64,000 nucleotides of DNA from Candidatus Latescibacterota bacterium (lineage in GTDB: Bacteria; Latescibacterota; UBA2968). Within the stretch, counting starts at the first letter, position 1, and the number at the start of each line of letters is the position of its first letter. The translations under genes were made by a program, and so were the position numbers. Location of the stretch: NCBI GenBank assembly GCA_965205975.1, contig OZ242195.1:4864001-4928000 (forward strand). Direction: 5' to 3'. Positions 1 to 9,072 of the stretch are shown piece after piece. Below the pieces are notes generated by a model. The model saw only the letters and a list, made by a program, of their open reading frames with translations. It was not told the origin of the DNA and did not search any database.

Positions 1-15
1 AGGTGTGACATATGT

Positions 16-876
16 CTAACACGTTACGTTCTTTCCTTCGTTGCCATAGACCGCAAGGCGTTCTTCTGAAGAAATTTCCTCTATGGATGCGGGGATGTAA
101 TGCAGTTGCAGGGCGCGGCGACGTCGGTTTGATCGATTCTCCGGGGAGCCGTGGTGCAATCGCCCGTGCCAGAGCAATACGCCGCCGGGTTGCAGGGCTA
201 CTGCGGTGATGCGGTTGCGGGTGACGTCGGTGTCGCAGATTTGCCAGTCGCGTCTTTTAAAATGTACGACGGGACCTGCTCGATGGCTTTGGGGGATGAC
301 GTGCATGCATCCATTTTCGGGATCCGCGGGATCGAGGGCAACCCAGGCGCTGACGATGCAGGTGTGCATGGGCACGTTAAAGTAGGCGTGGTCCTGGTGC
401 CAGGGTTTTTCGCGTCCAATGCCGGGTGGTTTTAGCATGGCCTGGTTGGCAAATAGTTTGGGCGGTTCACTCATGATGCGGGTCAAGGTATCTATCAGCC
501 GAGGGTCTTCGCCAAATGCGTCCAGACGGGGGTCGAATCCGACAAATCGGGTGAGTTTTCGCACGAGTAGTTCGCGCGCGTGACCCGTTGAGCGTTTGAC
601 CTGTTTGGCGCGTCCGCGTTCGAATTGGACGCCCCGGAATTCGCGATTTTGTCCCGCGATCAATTCTTTTACTGCGGCCACGCCGTCGTTGACCTGTGCG
701 CTGGAATACGCGCCTTGAATTGGCAAAAAGCCCTGCGCGTGAAATTGCGCGATGTGTTCATCGCCCACGTTTTCAAAGCCGTCAACACATTCGGCGATGC
801 GGGCGTATTTGTAGAGTGCGGGGTCGTATTTGCCAGGCTCGTACGTATCTTGCAGGTTATCTGTTTCTTCTTTCAC
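16..876 (-). CDS. Phytanoyl-CoA dioxygenase (PhyH) family Fe(II)/2-oxoglutarate dioxygenase
   Basis: Motifs PWHQDHAY and LHHGSPENRS..RRAL; GTG start preceded by AGGAGG. Confidence 0.85.
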   Translation of the reverse strand: MKEETDNLQDTYEPGKYDPALYKYARIAECVDGFENVGDEHIAQFHAQGFLPIQGAYSSAQVNDGVAAVKELIAGQNREFRGVQFERGRAKQVKRSTGHARELLVRKLTRFVGFDPRLDAFGEDPRLIDTLTRIMSEPPKLFANQAMLKPPGIGREKPWHQDHAYFNVPMHTCIVSAWVALDPADPENGCMHVIPQSHRAGPVVHFKRRDWQICDTDVTRNRITAVALQPGGVLLWHGRLHHGSPENRSNRRRRALQLHYIPASIEEISSEERLAVYGNEGKNVTC

Positions 877-898
877 AACAACCTCCTTTGGAGATCTT

Positions 899-1675
899 AT
901 GCTCGACCTCGAACTTATTGAACCGTCAGAAGTTGACCGCGCTGCCGCTGTTTTTCATCGCGATGGGCTTGCCGTTGTGACGGATGCGTTGACCGATGAG
1001 CAGTTCGCTTTTCTGAAGGATGGTGCGCATCGCGTTGTGGCGGAACAGACGAGCGCGGTTCCGCTGGAGAAGGCGAACAGAGGTTTTGCGCGTTATTCGT
1101 TTGGTTCGCAGATCCATCATCCCGAATGGGCGATGCTGGTTGATCTGCCTACTATTTTACCTATTATTGAAGCTATTTTCAATAGTAATCAGTTTGTGTG
1201 CAGTGGTGCTGGTGGGGATTATTCGCTGCCGGGTGCAAAAATTCAGCATTTGCACCGGGATATGCCCGATTTGATCAATGATCCCGAGCAGCGGGTGACG
1301 ATTATGGATGTTCCGGTGCCGTTTATTGTGGTCAATTTTCCGATGATCGATTTTAGTGTGGAGAATGGAGCGACGCGTTTTATCCGAGGCACCCATCGCT
1401 CGCGCCAGGCGATTCCCAGTTTGGAGGATGAACCCGATTGGATGAAGCATGCCTTGGCTTGTGCGCCGAGCAAGTCGGCGATTTTTCGAGATGTGCGCTG
1501 CTGGCACGGGGGGACGCCCAATATGTCTCGGGATGTGCGTATTATGACGAGTGTGGGCTATTACGCACCCTGGTTTCGCCGACCCGGTCGAGATGGTGAG
1601 ATGCCCCGCGCGATTTACAATTCTCTGTCAGAGCGCGGTAAAGCGCTGTGTCGGTCTATTGTGGCGTTGGATTAA
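899..1675 (+). CDS. PhyH family dioxygenase
   Basis: QHLHRD, NGATRFIRGTH and WHGGTPN motifs; start moved to ATG 899 behind GGAGA. Confidence 0.85.
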   Translation: MLDLELIEPSEVDRAAAVFHRDGLAVVTDALTDEQFAFLKDGAHRVVAEQTSAVPLEKANRGFARYSFGSQIHHPEWAMLVDLPTILPIIEAIFNSNQFVCSGAGGDYSLPGAKIQHLHRDMPDLINDPEQRVTIMDVPVPFIVVNFPMIDFSVENGATRFIRGTHRSRQAIPSLEDEPDWMKHALACAPSKSAIFRDVRCWHGGTPNMSRDVRIMTSVGYYAPWFRRPGRDGEMPRAIYNSLSERGKALCRSIVALD

Positions 1676-1692
1676 ATAAGGAGGAGAGTACT

Positions 1693-2409
1693 ATGTCCAA
1701 AACGGCTGTTATTTCAGGGGTCGGCTCTGGTTTGGGTGCCGCGCTGGTGAGGAAGTTTGCAGGCGAAGGCTATCAGGTGGGGTTGCTGGCCCGGTCCTCT
1801 GATTATATCCAGGATCTGGCTGAAGAATTGCTGCAAGAAGGTGTGAGAGCTTTAGCTGTACCCACGGATATCACAGATCCCCAGCAGGTGATCCAGAGTT
1901 TTGCCCGGGTGCGCGAGGAATTGGGCCCGGTTGATGTCCTGATCAACCACGCTGGCAATGCCTCCTGGAAAGATTTTCACGAACTGACCCTGGATGAGTT
2001 TGAACTATCCTGGCGCGTGTGTGCCTACGGCTCCTTTCTGTGTGCAAAGGAAGTGGTCGGCGATATGCTGTCTGCGGGTGGCGGGGCCATCCTTTTCACT
2101 GGCGCTACTTCGTCCATTCGGGGCCGGGCAGGTGCTCTTGCCTTTAGCAGTGCCAAGTTTGCGGTGCGCGGTTTGGCCTGGGCGTTGGCCCGCGAGCTGT
2201 GGCCCGAGGGTATTCATGTGGCCCACATTATCATAGACGGGGTGCTGGATACCCCCTTGTTGCACGAGAGAGGGGATGTCGAGGAGAGTGAACCGCTCAT
2301 GAATATTGACGCCGTGGCCGATGCCTATTGGAATCTGGTGCAACAGGACAAAGGTGCTTGGGGTTTCGAGATTGATTTACGGCCCCACGATGAGGGGTTC
2401 TTCGAGTGA
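1693..2409 (+). CDS. Short-chain dehydrogenase/reductase
   Basis: SGVGSGLG Rossmann motif, NHAG, FSSAK; AAGGAGGAG RBS. Confidence 0.9.
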   Translation: MSKTAVISGVGSGLGAALVRKFAGEGYQVGLLARSSDYIQDLAEELLQEGVRALAVPTDITDPQQVIQSFARVREELGPVDVLINHAGNASWKDFHELTLDEFELSWRVCAYGSFLCAKEVVGDMLSAGGGAILFTGATSSIRGRAGALAFSSAKFAVRGLAWALARELWPEGIHVAHIIIDGVLDTPLLHERGDVEESEPLMNIDAVADAYWNLVQQDKGAWGFEIDLRPHDEGFFE

Positions 2410-2410
2410 T

Positions 2411-2454
2411 GCACATAACTTTCGAAACTGCGCTTCAGCATAGTCCATGCGTGC
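2411..2454 (-). repeat. 44-bp diverged direct repeat of 4941-4984 (gene fragment encoding ARMDYAEAQFRKLCA)
   Basis: 42 of 44 nt identical to 4941-4984 by direct comparison. Confidence 0.85.
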
Positions 2455-2612
2455 TGCTCAATTAGCTTTTGCCGTGACCAATGTGTGGATGTCGCAAGTT
2501 ATGTCGCAAGATTGTCGCAAGTTCAGTTGGCATTCTTTATCCGGTACACTAACTTATTGGTCGCTTCTTCAGAAACCAGCAAACCCATATCCACCATCAC
2601 TTTGAGGTCGCG

Positions 2613-2912
2613 CTACGCCATTAAATCTAACAGGCGTCCAAATTCCTCGAGATTGGACACCTGTATCGCCGAGCGGTGCAACTGCTTGAGGCGTCGTAAA
2701 TCTTCAACAGCCGAAATGCGAGCAGATAAGGGATCTGTCGGGCGAAGATCAAATCGGATCTCCAACACATCGAAGATATCCTCAATAGCGCGTTCTCTAC
2801 CTCCCTGCTCAATGCCCTCTTCTCTGCCCTGCTCAAAGCCTTCCTCTCTGGCTTCCTCTCTGCTTTCCTGGGTAAGGGATTGAAAAAGTGATGATTCGCG
2901 CAAGATGTCCAT
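2613..2912 (-). CDS. Putative intragenic in-frame small protein (RpnS-like, 99 aa, MDILRESS...)
   Basis: TAAGGAGG lies 5 nt upstream of an in-frame ATG inside the Rpn gene. Confidence 0.6.
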   Translation of the reverse strand: MDILRESSLFQSLTQESREEAREEGFEQGREEGIEQGGRERAIEDIFDVLEIRFDLRPTDPLSARISAVEDLRRLKQLHRSAIQVSNLEEFGRLLDLMA

Positions 2913-3551
2913 GATGCCCTCCTTAAAAATAATATTAGAAATCGTTTCAGAAGCATATACCAACTCGCTCAACGCCACCATCCCAGCCAGATAATCCGCT
3001 CTATATGACCGGGCGATGGGGCGCGTCCGAGCCGTGTGAATACACTGGTGCAACCACGCATCCGAAGCCATCCCTTCAGGTGGCTTCATCAACGGCGTGA
3101 AGGGTATCAGACCCGATTGCCCCGATTCGAGGACGCGCTCGCCTTCTATTTCGATCAGTCTGATCACGCGATACCGAATCGTGATTTCGTAGTCGAGATG
3201 CTCCTGGACATAGTACCCGAGATCGCGTTGCCCAGCATTGGGACGCAGGTAGATGACATTGGAATAGATCGGCAGACCGTGATGCTCAATGGCGCGTCCG
3301 ATATAGCCAGCCATGCGGCGTGGCATAGGTGGATTGGTGCTGTCAGTGGTTTGAAACTCGTTGTGGACCAAGACCTCCTCGCCATCGATACGCACGCGAA
3401 GCAGACTATCGGTCTGGCGTGCTTCAACAGTGTATTGTTCTGTGTCAATGACTGCAAGAACTTCAACGTCCTCGCGTCCGAGGGTAAAGCCAGCAAAGTC
3501 GTCGGGATATTTCTGAATCAGGTGTTTGGAAATCGTATCAAATTCGGCCAT
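2613..3551 (-). CDS. Rpn family (YhgA-like) PD-(D/E)XK nuclease / putative transposase
   Basis: FDTISKHL, TDSLLRV, HNEFQT, MPRRMAGY and C-terminal EEG-x-E repeats (REEGFEQGREEGIEQG). Confidence 0.8.
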   Translation of the reverse strand: MAEFDTISKHLIQKYPDDFAGFTLGREDVEVLAVIDTEQYTVEARQTDSLLRVRIDGEEVLVHNEFQTTDSTNPPMPRRMAGYIGRAIEHHGLPIYSNVIYLRPNAGQRDLGYYVQEHLDYEITIRYRVIRLIEIEGERVLESGQSGLIPFTPLMKPPEGMASDAWLHQCIHTARTRPIARSYRADYLAGMVALSELVYASETISNIIFKEGIMDILRESSLFQSLTQESREEAREEGFEQGREEGIEQGGRERAIEDIFDVLEIRFDLRPTDPLSARISAVEDLRRLKQLHRSAIQVSNLEEFGRLLDLMA

Positions 3552-3921
3552 GTGAGATGCCTCAGATCTGAAGGTTGGTTGTATTTTGGACAAACGCAAC
3601 AGTCAGATCTCAAGCAAATATCAGGCCAAAGAATGCGATTATCACAGTATTGAAAGATAAATTGCATATAAGTATCTCATTATTCCTTCAATATGTCGTA
3701 TTGTGGTCTTGTTCACAACTTGAATTTGTGAATCGCCTATTAAAATAGAGATGGATCAGAACAAGTATTGGTAGCAAAAGTGTATATTTTGAGCGATAAA
3801 TGGACGGTCATGTGAAAGATATGTGCCCCAGGCCCGATATTGGGAGAGCGGAATAGAATGAGTCAGTGCGATGGACAGACGCCTGTGTTCTTCATATTTC
3901 AAAATATCTCTCGGTGCTTGT

Positions 3922-4111
3922 ATCGCCTGGATTAAACAAGGTCCTCCTCCTCTGGATAAAGTGTCGTCGCGTACTTTAAGGAGGCTATGGTTAAATCTTT
4001 TTGATCTTGTTCACTCCAGGTGTCTCTACGGTCCACAACCGTAATCCCAGATTGGGATAGCTCTTGTAAAATCAGAGCCGCGAGACGAAACTGTTCGTTA
4101 GGTGGTAGGAA
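3922..4111 (-). pseudogene. 5'-truncated antitoxin-like ORF followed by the first codons of a PemK/MazF-like toxin
   Basis: Startless frame FLPPNEQFRLAALILQEL...WSEQDQKDL...LYPEEEDLV* overlaps GAGGAGG-TTG encoding MFNPGD, after which the resemblance stops. Confidence 0.5.
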
Positions 4112-4129
4112 TTAAACGGTTTCGACGCC

Positions 4130-5113
4130 TTACTTGATATGTTTGCCGCATACCGCTGTCAGTGGACAGGAATTACACTGGGGTTTGGTGGGAAAGCACC
4201 AGTCCTTTCCTATCTTCCAGGCTGGCCAGTCCAGTCCGCCGGGAAATTTGGGATTCAGGAGTCTCGCGGCGGATACCACTTCTTCTTCCGCCTCAGTGTG
4301 AGTCAATCCTGTGCGTTGAAACACACGTTTAACATGTATATCAGCCTTGATGTCTATTTGATGTTTCTGCCCTCTAAACATCCCACAGTCATCATGCAGT
4401 ATGCGGACGACCATGGATGCGATACCTTGAGCAACGTCATAAATGCTTTGGAGCCTTTTTTTTACTTCGGTAGGAGATGCATCCCGCCAAATCGCGGCTG
4501 CGTCGCCTCCAAACTGGTCATGTACGAGACAGGCGGCATCCTTTAGCGTCTTAGCCCCTCTCTCGGTGCCATAACGTGGCTTCCTGGGCAGACTCTCCAG
4601 GAGTAAGGATAATTCTTCCTCAGTCATTGAAGCAAGGATAGAAGGATCCAGCTTGCCGCGACGTTTGATCTCATAAGGAATTTTCCAAGCCTGTTTCCAA
4701 TCCATACCTCTATCGAAACAGGCTCCTATCAGAAAGGCAAACGGATTAGTATATACTTCATCACCAATTTCCTTGGGCAACTCACTTCTATCATTCTTGT
4801 AGTGATGTTTCTGGTAGTTTTTTAGTGCGACGACTACCAAATTGGATGTGTGATTTATAGTAGTTTTTCTATGAATAAGGTCATCGACAAAATTCTCGCG
4901 TTCTGTTTCAGTCATTGTATCCCAATTCAACCCCCGAGACGCGCATAACTTTCGAAACTGCGCTTCGGCATAGTCCATGCGTGCCGTGCGATTGACTTCT
5001 GTCTGCTCTGCAAGTGCGAGGAGTACTGCTCGCTTCTCTTCTGGCGGCATCTGCTGGACCAAACCAATGACCTGATCGGCTGTTAATTCAACGGTCAAAT
5101 TCATGTCAATCAC
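4130..5113 (-). CDS. HhH-GPD / endonuclease III-like [4Fe-4S] glycosylase with an unrelated ~80 aa N-terminal domain
   Basis: DIKADIHVKRV and C-X6-C-X2-C-X5-C (WCFPTKPQCNSCPLTAVC); start could be 5104. Confidence 0.8.
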   Translation of the reverse strand: MIDMNLTVELTADQVIGLVQQMPPEEKRAVLLALAEQTEVNRTARMDYAEAQFRKLCASRGLNWDTMTETERENFVDDLIHRKTTINHTSNLVVVALKNYQKHHYKNDRSELPKEIGDEVYTNPFAFLIGACFDRGMDWKQAWKIPYEIKRRGKLDPSILASMTEEELSLLLESLPRKPRYGTERGAKTLKDAACLVHDQFGGDAAAIWRDASPTEVKKRLQSIYDVAQGIASMVVRILHDDCGMFRGQKHQIDIKADIHVKRVFQRTGLTHTEAEEEVVSAARLLNPKFPGGLDWPAWKIGKDWCFPTKPQCNSCPLTAVCGKHIK

Positions 5114-5142
5114 TTTCTCGCAATCATATATACTGAGAAAAG

Positions 5143-5334
5143 TCAGTCGGTCTTAGCCGGTGGCCTTACCTGCTGCGAGGCTAAAAGACGCGGTGGCAAG
5201 TTAATATATAGTCGGCCGCTTGCCTGCTCTTGCGCTTTGATATCTTTTGCAATCAAATCCAGGTCGTATTTGAACCGCGCAGCATGCTCATGCCTAATTC
5301 GCCGCACTTCTGCGACAATGGGATTATTTTTCAT
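5143..5334 (-). CDS. Small hypothetical protein, antitoxin-like
   Basis: 63 aa NPIVAEVRRIRHEHAARFKYDLDLI pattern resembles small proteins found beside PIN toxins (recalled, not searched). Confidence 0.6.
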   Translation of the reverse strand: MKNNPIVAEVRRIRHEHAARFKYDLDLIAKDIKAQEQASGRLYINLPPRLLASQQVRPPAKTD

Positions 5335-5359
5335 CTTTCAACATAAGGTTGGTCATGTC

Positions 5360-6907
5360 TCATGCGCGGGCTGTCTCGAATCCCACCAGGTTGCGGGTTT
5401 CTCGGCTGAACTCTACGGCGATGAGATGTATCGGCTCGCCGCGATCGCGGTATTTGTCGGCGTAGCGTTTCTGTTTCAGTTGCGCCATTGCGGTGCCTTC
5501 GGGTGCTAATTCGACTACTTTAAACTCGAACAGATACACATTGCCGTTGAAGCGAACTGCCATGTCCAGACGACCATGGCTGCTGCTGTCCTCCACAACG
5601 ATGTCCAATCCCACCGATGCGAAGTAGGAGTAGAACACGCTGGCGTAATAGCCTTCGTAATTCGCTATGTCGTTTTTCGTATGCCACTGGTAGGGAATGC
5701 TGGCGAAGAACGCCTTGAACAGATTTTCCAGGCCAGCGAAGTCATTGACCAGCAACAGGTCGTATAGGCGGGCAATGTGTTCTGCCTGCTGCGTCGGGTT
5801 CCCAGTCAAGTGGTTCAGCAGGCTTCTGTTCAAGCTCTGGCGCACTTCCTGGTTTGGATAGCCCAGACGGTAGTAGGTCAGGCTACCGCGCGGTTCGGTA
5901 TGGTGTATGGTCTGATAGCCAGTCTGAAATAGCAGTGCTTGAGTGGCTATATCGTCAACGTCAAATGTAGATAATAATTCGTCGCTGCCCAGCATATCGT
6001 CCAGGTCTATAGAACTCACTCCGCGATCTACTAACGTGTTGACCAGAAACGTCGGTGTGCCGGTCTCAAACCAGTAGGCGCGAAACTCGCGGTTGCGGAA
6101 CAAGAGGAGGATGTCGAAGGGGTTGTACACTTTCTCCTCCCCTCGCCAGGAATAGCCGTTATACCAATCGCGGATTTGGTCTCGGTCCAGGCCGGGCAGT
6201 TCTGGCGCGAATACCGTGTCGAGGTCCTCTTCGGTGTAGCCGCATAAGGCGGAGTAATGCGGGTCGATAGTGATGTCAGTGAGGTTGTTGAGGCCCGAAA
6301 AGAGGCTGACTTTGGAGAATTTGCTGACGCCAGTGAGGAAAGTGAACTTGATATACGCGTCGCTGTCCTTGATGGTCGCGTACAGGCCGCGCAAGAAGTC
6401 GCGGTTGGCGCGTGCGACTTCTGGTACTTCGAGTGCGTCCAGAATTGGCTTGTCGTATTCATCTACCAGAACGGCCACTGACTGCCCGGCACGATCATGC
6501 AGTGCCTCTATCAGATAGGCGAAACGCTCGGGCGCGGTGGTGTAGTCGGACTTTATGCCCTCTCGACGTTCAACTGCGTCCAGTTGTGCCATCAAGTTCG
6601 TCTGTAGATATCCCGGCTCTTTGAAGTTGCCTCGACCAAAACTCAGGCGAATTACCGGATGGCGAACAGACCAGTCCCAGTGGCCGTGGATGTGAAGCCC
6701 ATCGAACAATGGTTCATTGCCTTCGAACAGTTCCTTCAGTGTGTCCAGAAACAGGCTCTTTCCAAAGCGACGCGGGCGCGACAGAAAATAGTGTTTCCCC
6801 TCGTCTATCATCCGCCGAATATAGGGTGTCTTATCGACGTAGTAGTAGTTCTCTTCTCGCATCTCGCGGAAGGTCTGAATACCGATGGGTAGTCTGCGTC
6901 TGGTCAT
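5360..6907 (-). CDS. AAA-ATPase-like protein with C-terminal PD-(D/E)XK nuclease domain
   Basis: LPIGIQTF, YYVDKT, RPRRFGKS, LVDEYDKP, GRLD..FEFK; CAGGAG RBS. Confidence 0.92.
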   Translation of the reverse strand: MTRRRLPIGIQTFREMREENYYYVDKTPYIRRMIDEGKHYFLSRPRRFGKSLFLDTLKELFEGNEPLFDGLHIHGHWDWSVRHPVIRLSFGRGNFKEPGYLQTNLMAQLDAVERREGIKSDYTTAPERFAYLIEALHDRAGQSVAVLVDEYDKPILDALEVPEVARANRDFLRGLYATIKDSDAYIKFTFLTGVSKFSKVSLFSGLNNLTDITIDPHYSALCGYTEEDLDTVFAPELPGLDRDQIRDWYNGYSWRGEEKVYNPFDILLLFRNREFRAYWFETGTPTFLVNTLVDRGVSSIDLDDMLGSDELLSTFDVDDIATQALLFQTGYQTIHHTEPRGSLTYYRLGYPNQEVRQSLNRSLLNHLTGNPTQQAEHIARLYDLLLVNDFAGLENLFKAFFASIPYQWHTKNDIANYEGYYASVFYSYFASVGLDIVVEDSSSHGRLDMAVRFNGNVYLFEFKVVELAPEGTAMAQLKQKRYADKYRDRGEPIHLIAVEFSRETRNLVGFETARA

Positions 6908-6940
6908 GATTTACTCCTGTTTGCCCTCTTCAAATAGATC

Positions 6941-8002
6941 CTACAGCCGGATCCAATCTGATAGATTCTCATGCTGGAAGATCATGGTTTCCTGGATGCT
7001 CGACATCCGCCCTTTTCCCGCTTCTTTGGCCCGTTGATACATTGCATAAGCAATAGCGACATCGACATAGGCCAGGCCAACGGCGTTGAAGTAGGCCCGT
7101 TCTTCGGGGGTCTCTCTTCCTCCTTTTTCGCCGGAGACGACTTCGACGAGGTTTGCGTAGATGTCTTCGTCCGAGAGTTGTCCGTCCTTATACATGCGAC
7201 TGAGCGTTTGCGTTCTGTGCTTTACGGTTTCCCAATCGTCGCACACAATTTTGTCGCATTGTCTCGCCACGTCATACTCGTCCTCCCAGCCGCCGATATG
7301 GCTGTAGAAAGTGCCGGGCTTTATCCATGCCGCTTTGAGAAGCGGGGCTTGTGCGCTCGTGGCTGTGACGAGAATGTCGGCGCCCTCTATGGCCCGCTGT
7401 GCGTTTGTATGGGCGGCGGAAAAACGCATGTCTCGAAAGAGTGTCGCCATTTCGTTGATGAATTGCTGCTCTTCGTGGTCATGTTTGGCAGAGACCCGGC
7501 ACTCCTCAAGGCCGGGAAACACCGTTTTCATGGCGATCAAGTGCATCTTTGCCTGTTCCCCTGCGCCAATAAAAGCAATGCTCGTGGAATCCGGTCTTGC
7601 GAAATGCCTGGCAGCAATAGCACCCATTGCGCCTACGCGCATATTCGAGCACAGGGTGCCATCCATAAAGGCAATGGGGTAGCCTTTCTCGATTTCGGAT
7701 AGGATGAAGACCGCAGAGAGATTCTGCTGGCCGTATTTCTCGGGATTGAACGGAAATACGGATACCCACTTAGCCCCGCAGACTTTTTCGGGTAAGAGGG
7801 TTGCCGGCAGGCAGTTAATGCGATCCTGGGTGTCTTCATTGAAAATCTGAACTACTTTTTCTGGAAATAGGATGTCGTTTTTTTGGTAGGCGAGCATGGC
7901 GTTTTCAGCCGCACTCATGGCCAGCCGTATGTCCAGGCATCCGGCTTGCAGGAGGTCTTCTTGCGAGAGGAAGAGACATTCGATGCGATGCTTATCCGTC
8001 AT
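6941..8002 (-). CDS. Ornithine cyclodeaminase / mu-crystallin family protein
   Basis: GAKWVSVFP, GAGEQA, ADILVTAT, VGLAYVDVA; AAGGAG RBS before ATG 8002. Confidence 0.85.
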   Translation of the reverse strand: MTDKHRIECLFLSQEDLLQAGCLDIRLAMSAAENAMLAYQKNDILFPEKVVQIFNEDTQDRINCLPATLLPEKVCGAKWVSVFPFNPEKYGQQNLSAVFILSEIEKGYPIAFMDGTLCSNMRVGAMGAIAARHFARPDSTSIAFIGAGEQAKMHLIAMKTVFPGLEECRVSAKHDHEEQQFINEMATLFRDMRFSAAHTNAQRAIEGADILVTATSAQAPLLKAAWIKPGTFYSHIGGWEDEYDVARQCDKIVCDDWETVKHRTQTLSRMYKDGQLSDEDIYANLVEVVSGEKGGRETPEERAYFNAVGLAYVDVAIAYAMYQRAKEAGKGRMSSIQETMIFQHENLSDWIRL

Positions 8003-8015
8003 GGGTTCTCCTTTT

Positions 8016-9056
8016 TTAGAGATTAACGCGCAGATTGCCCGCGTGGTGGGAGTCCAGGATGCCGAGCATGATTTGAAGTGTTTTTCTGGCTTCGCGTGCG
8101 GGCGAGACGAGTGTGCCGCCGTTTTCCAGGACGTGGATGAGTTCCGAGACTGCGCCAATTTGTCGGATCGATATATAGGGTTCTACGGGGACTGCTGCCT
8201 GCGACCACCAGCGCGGCTCTTGTGGGGTAATGACCTCAAATTTTTGATCTGAGATTTCAATCCGTCCATTTTCACACGTCAGAGAAAATTTTGATCCGTT
8301 AAATGCCATTTTGTGGCAGTTGTAAAATGCGCGTACGTCATTGTCAAAATGGATGTACGCGGAGGCATAGGGGTCGGTCGCAGGGTCGTGTCCGCCGTCG
8401 CCTTTGTATTCGGTGAAGTGCTCGAATCCGGGTTCCAATTCGCCGACCAGCCATTCGGGATTTGCTTCGGCAAAGAAGCACATCATGTCGATCATGTGCG
8501 TGCCGTTGCGGAACATCATGGCGCGCGTCCCAAATTGGTCGCAGACGATGGTTCGCAAGCGACCCAATTCGCCGGATCGGATCATTTCCCGTGCTTGTAG
8601 ATAACTCGGATACCAGCGGCGCGTGTGTTCTATCGAGAGCGGTACGTTATTTGCTTCTGCGGCTGCGATCATGCGGTCGGCGTCTTCCATGGTTGTCGCA
8701 ATGGGTTTTTCACACAGGATTGCCTGTGCGGATCCTTCGGCTGCTGCGACTGTGATATCGGCGTGTGCGTGATCAGATGTCACGACACTGACCAGGTCGG
8801 GCTGCTCTTTGTCCAGCATTTCCCTGAAATCTGTGTACGTGTTCACATCGGGCCAGACATCGCCCCATCGTTCGCAGAAGTCATCCATCACCTCCTGACG
8901 CAGGTCGCATACGCCGACGACTTCTGTCTGTGCGTGTTTGTGATATGCCGATGCGTGTGACGGTGGCATGGCACCAAAGACAGGTCCTCTCGTTTCATGC
9001 GGGCGGCTGGCACCAATGCCCGTCAAGCCTACGATTACAGCGCGGTATGTGTTCAT
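8016..9056 (-). CDS. Gfo/Idh/MocA family oxidoreductase
   Basis: GLTGIG, LCEKPIA, GTHMID; GGGAGG RBS. Confidence 0.9.
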   Translation of the reverse strand: MNTYRAVIVGLTGIGASRPHETRGPVFGAMPPSHASAYHKHAQTEVVGVCDLRQEVMDDFCERWGDVWPDVNTYTDFREMLDKEQPDLVSVVTSDHAHADITVAAAEGSAQAILCEKPIATTMEDADRMIAAAEANNVPLSIEHTRRWYPSYLQAREMIRSGELGRLRTIVCDQFGTRAMMFRNGTHMIDMMCFFAEANPEWLVGELEPGFEHFTEYKGDGGHDPATDPYASAYIHFDNDVRAFYNCHKMAFNGSKFSLTCENGRIEISDQKFEVITPQEPRWWSQAAVPVEPYISIRQIGAVSELIHVLENGGTLVSPAREARKTLQIMLGILDSHHAGNLRVNL

Positions 9057-9072
9057 TGTATTTCCTCCCTGA

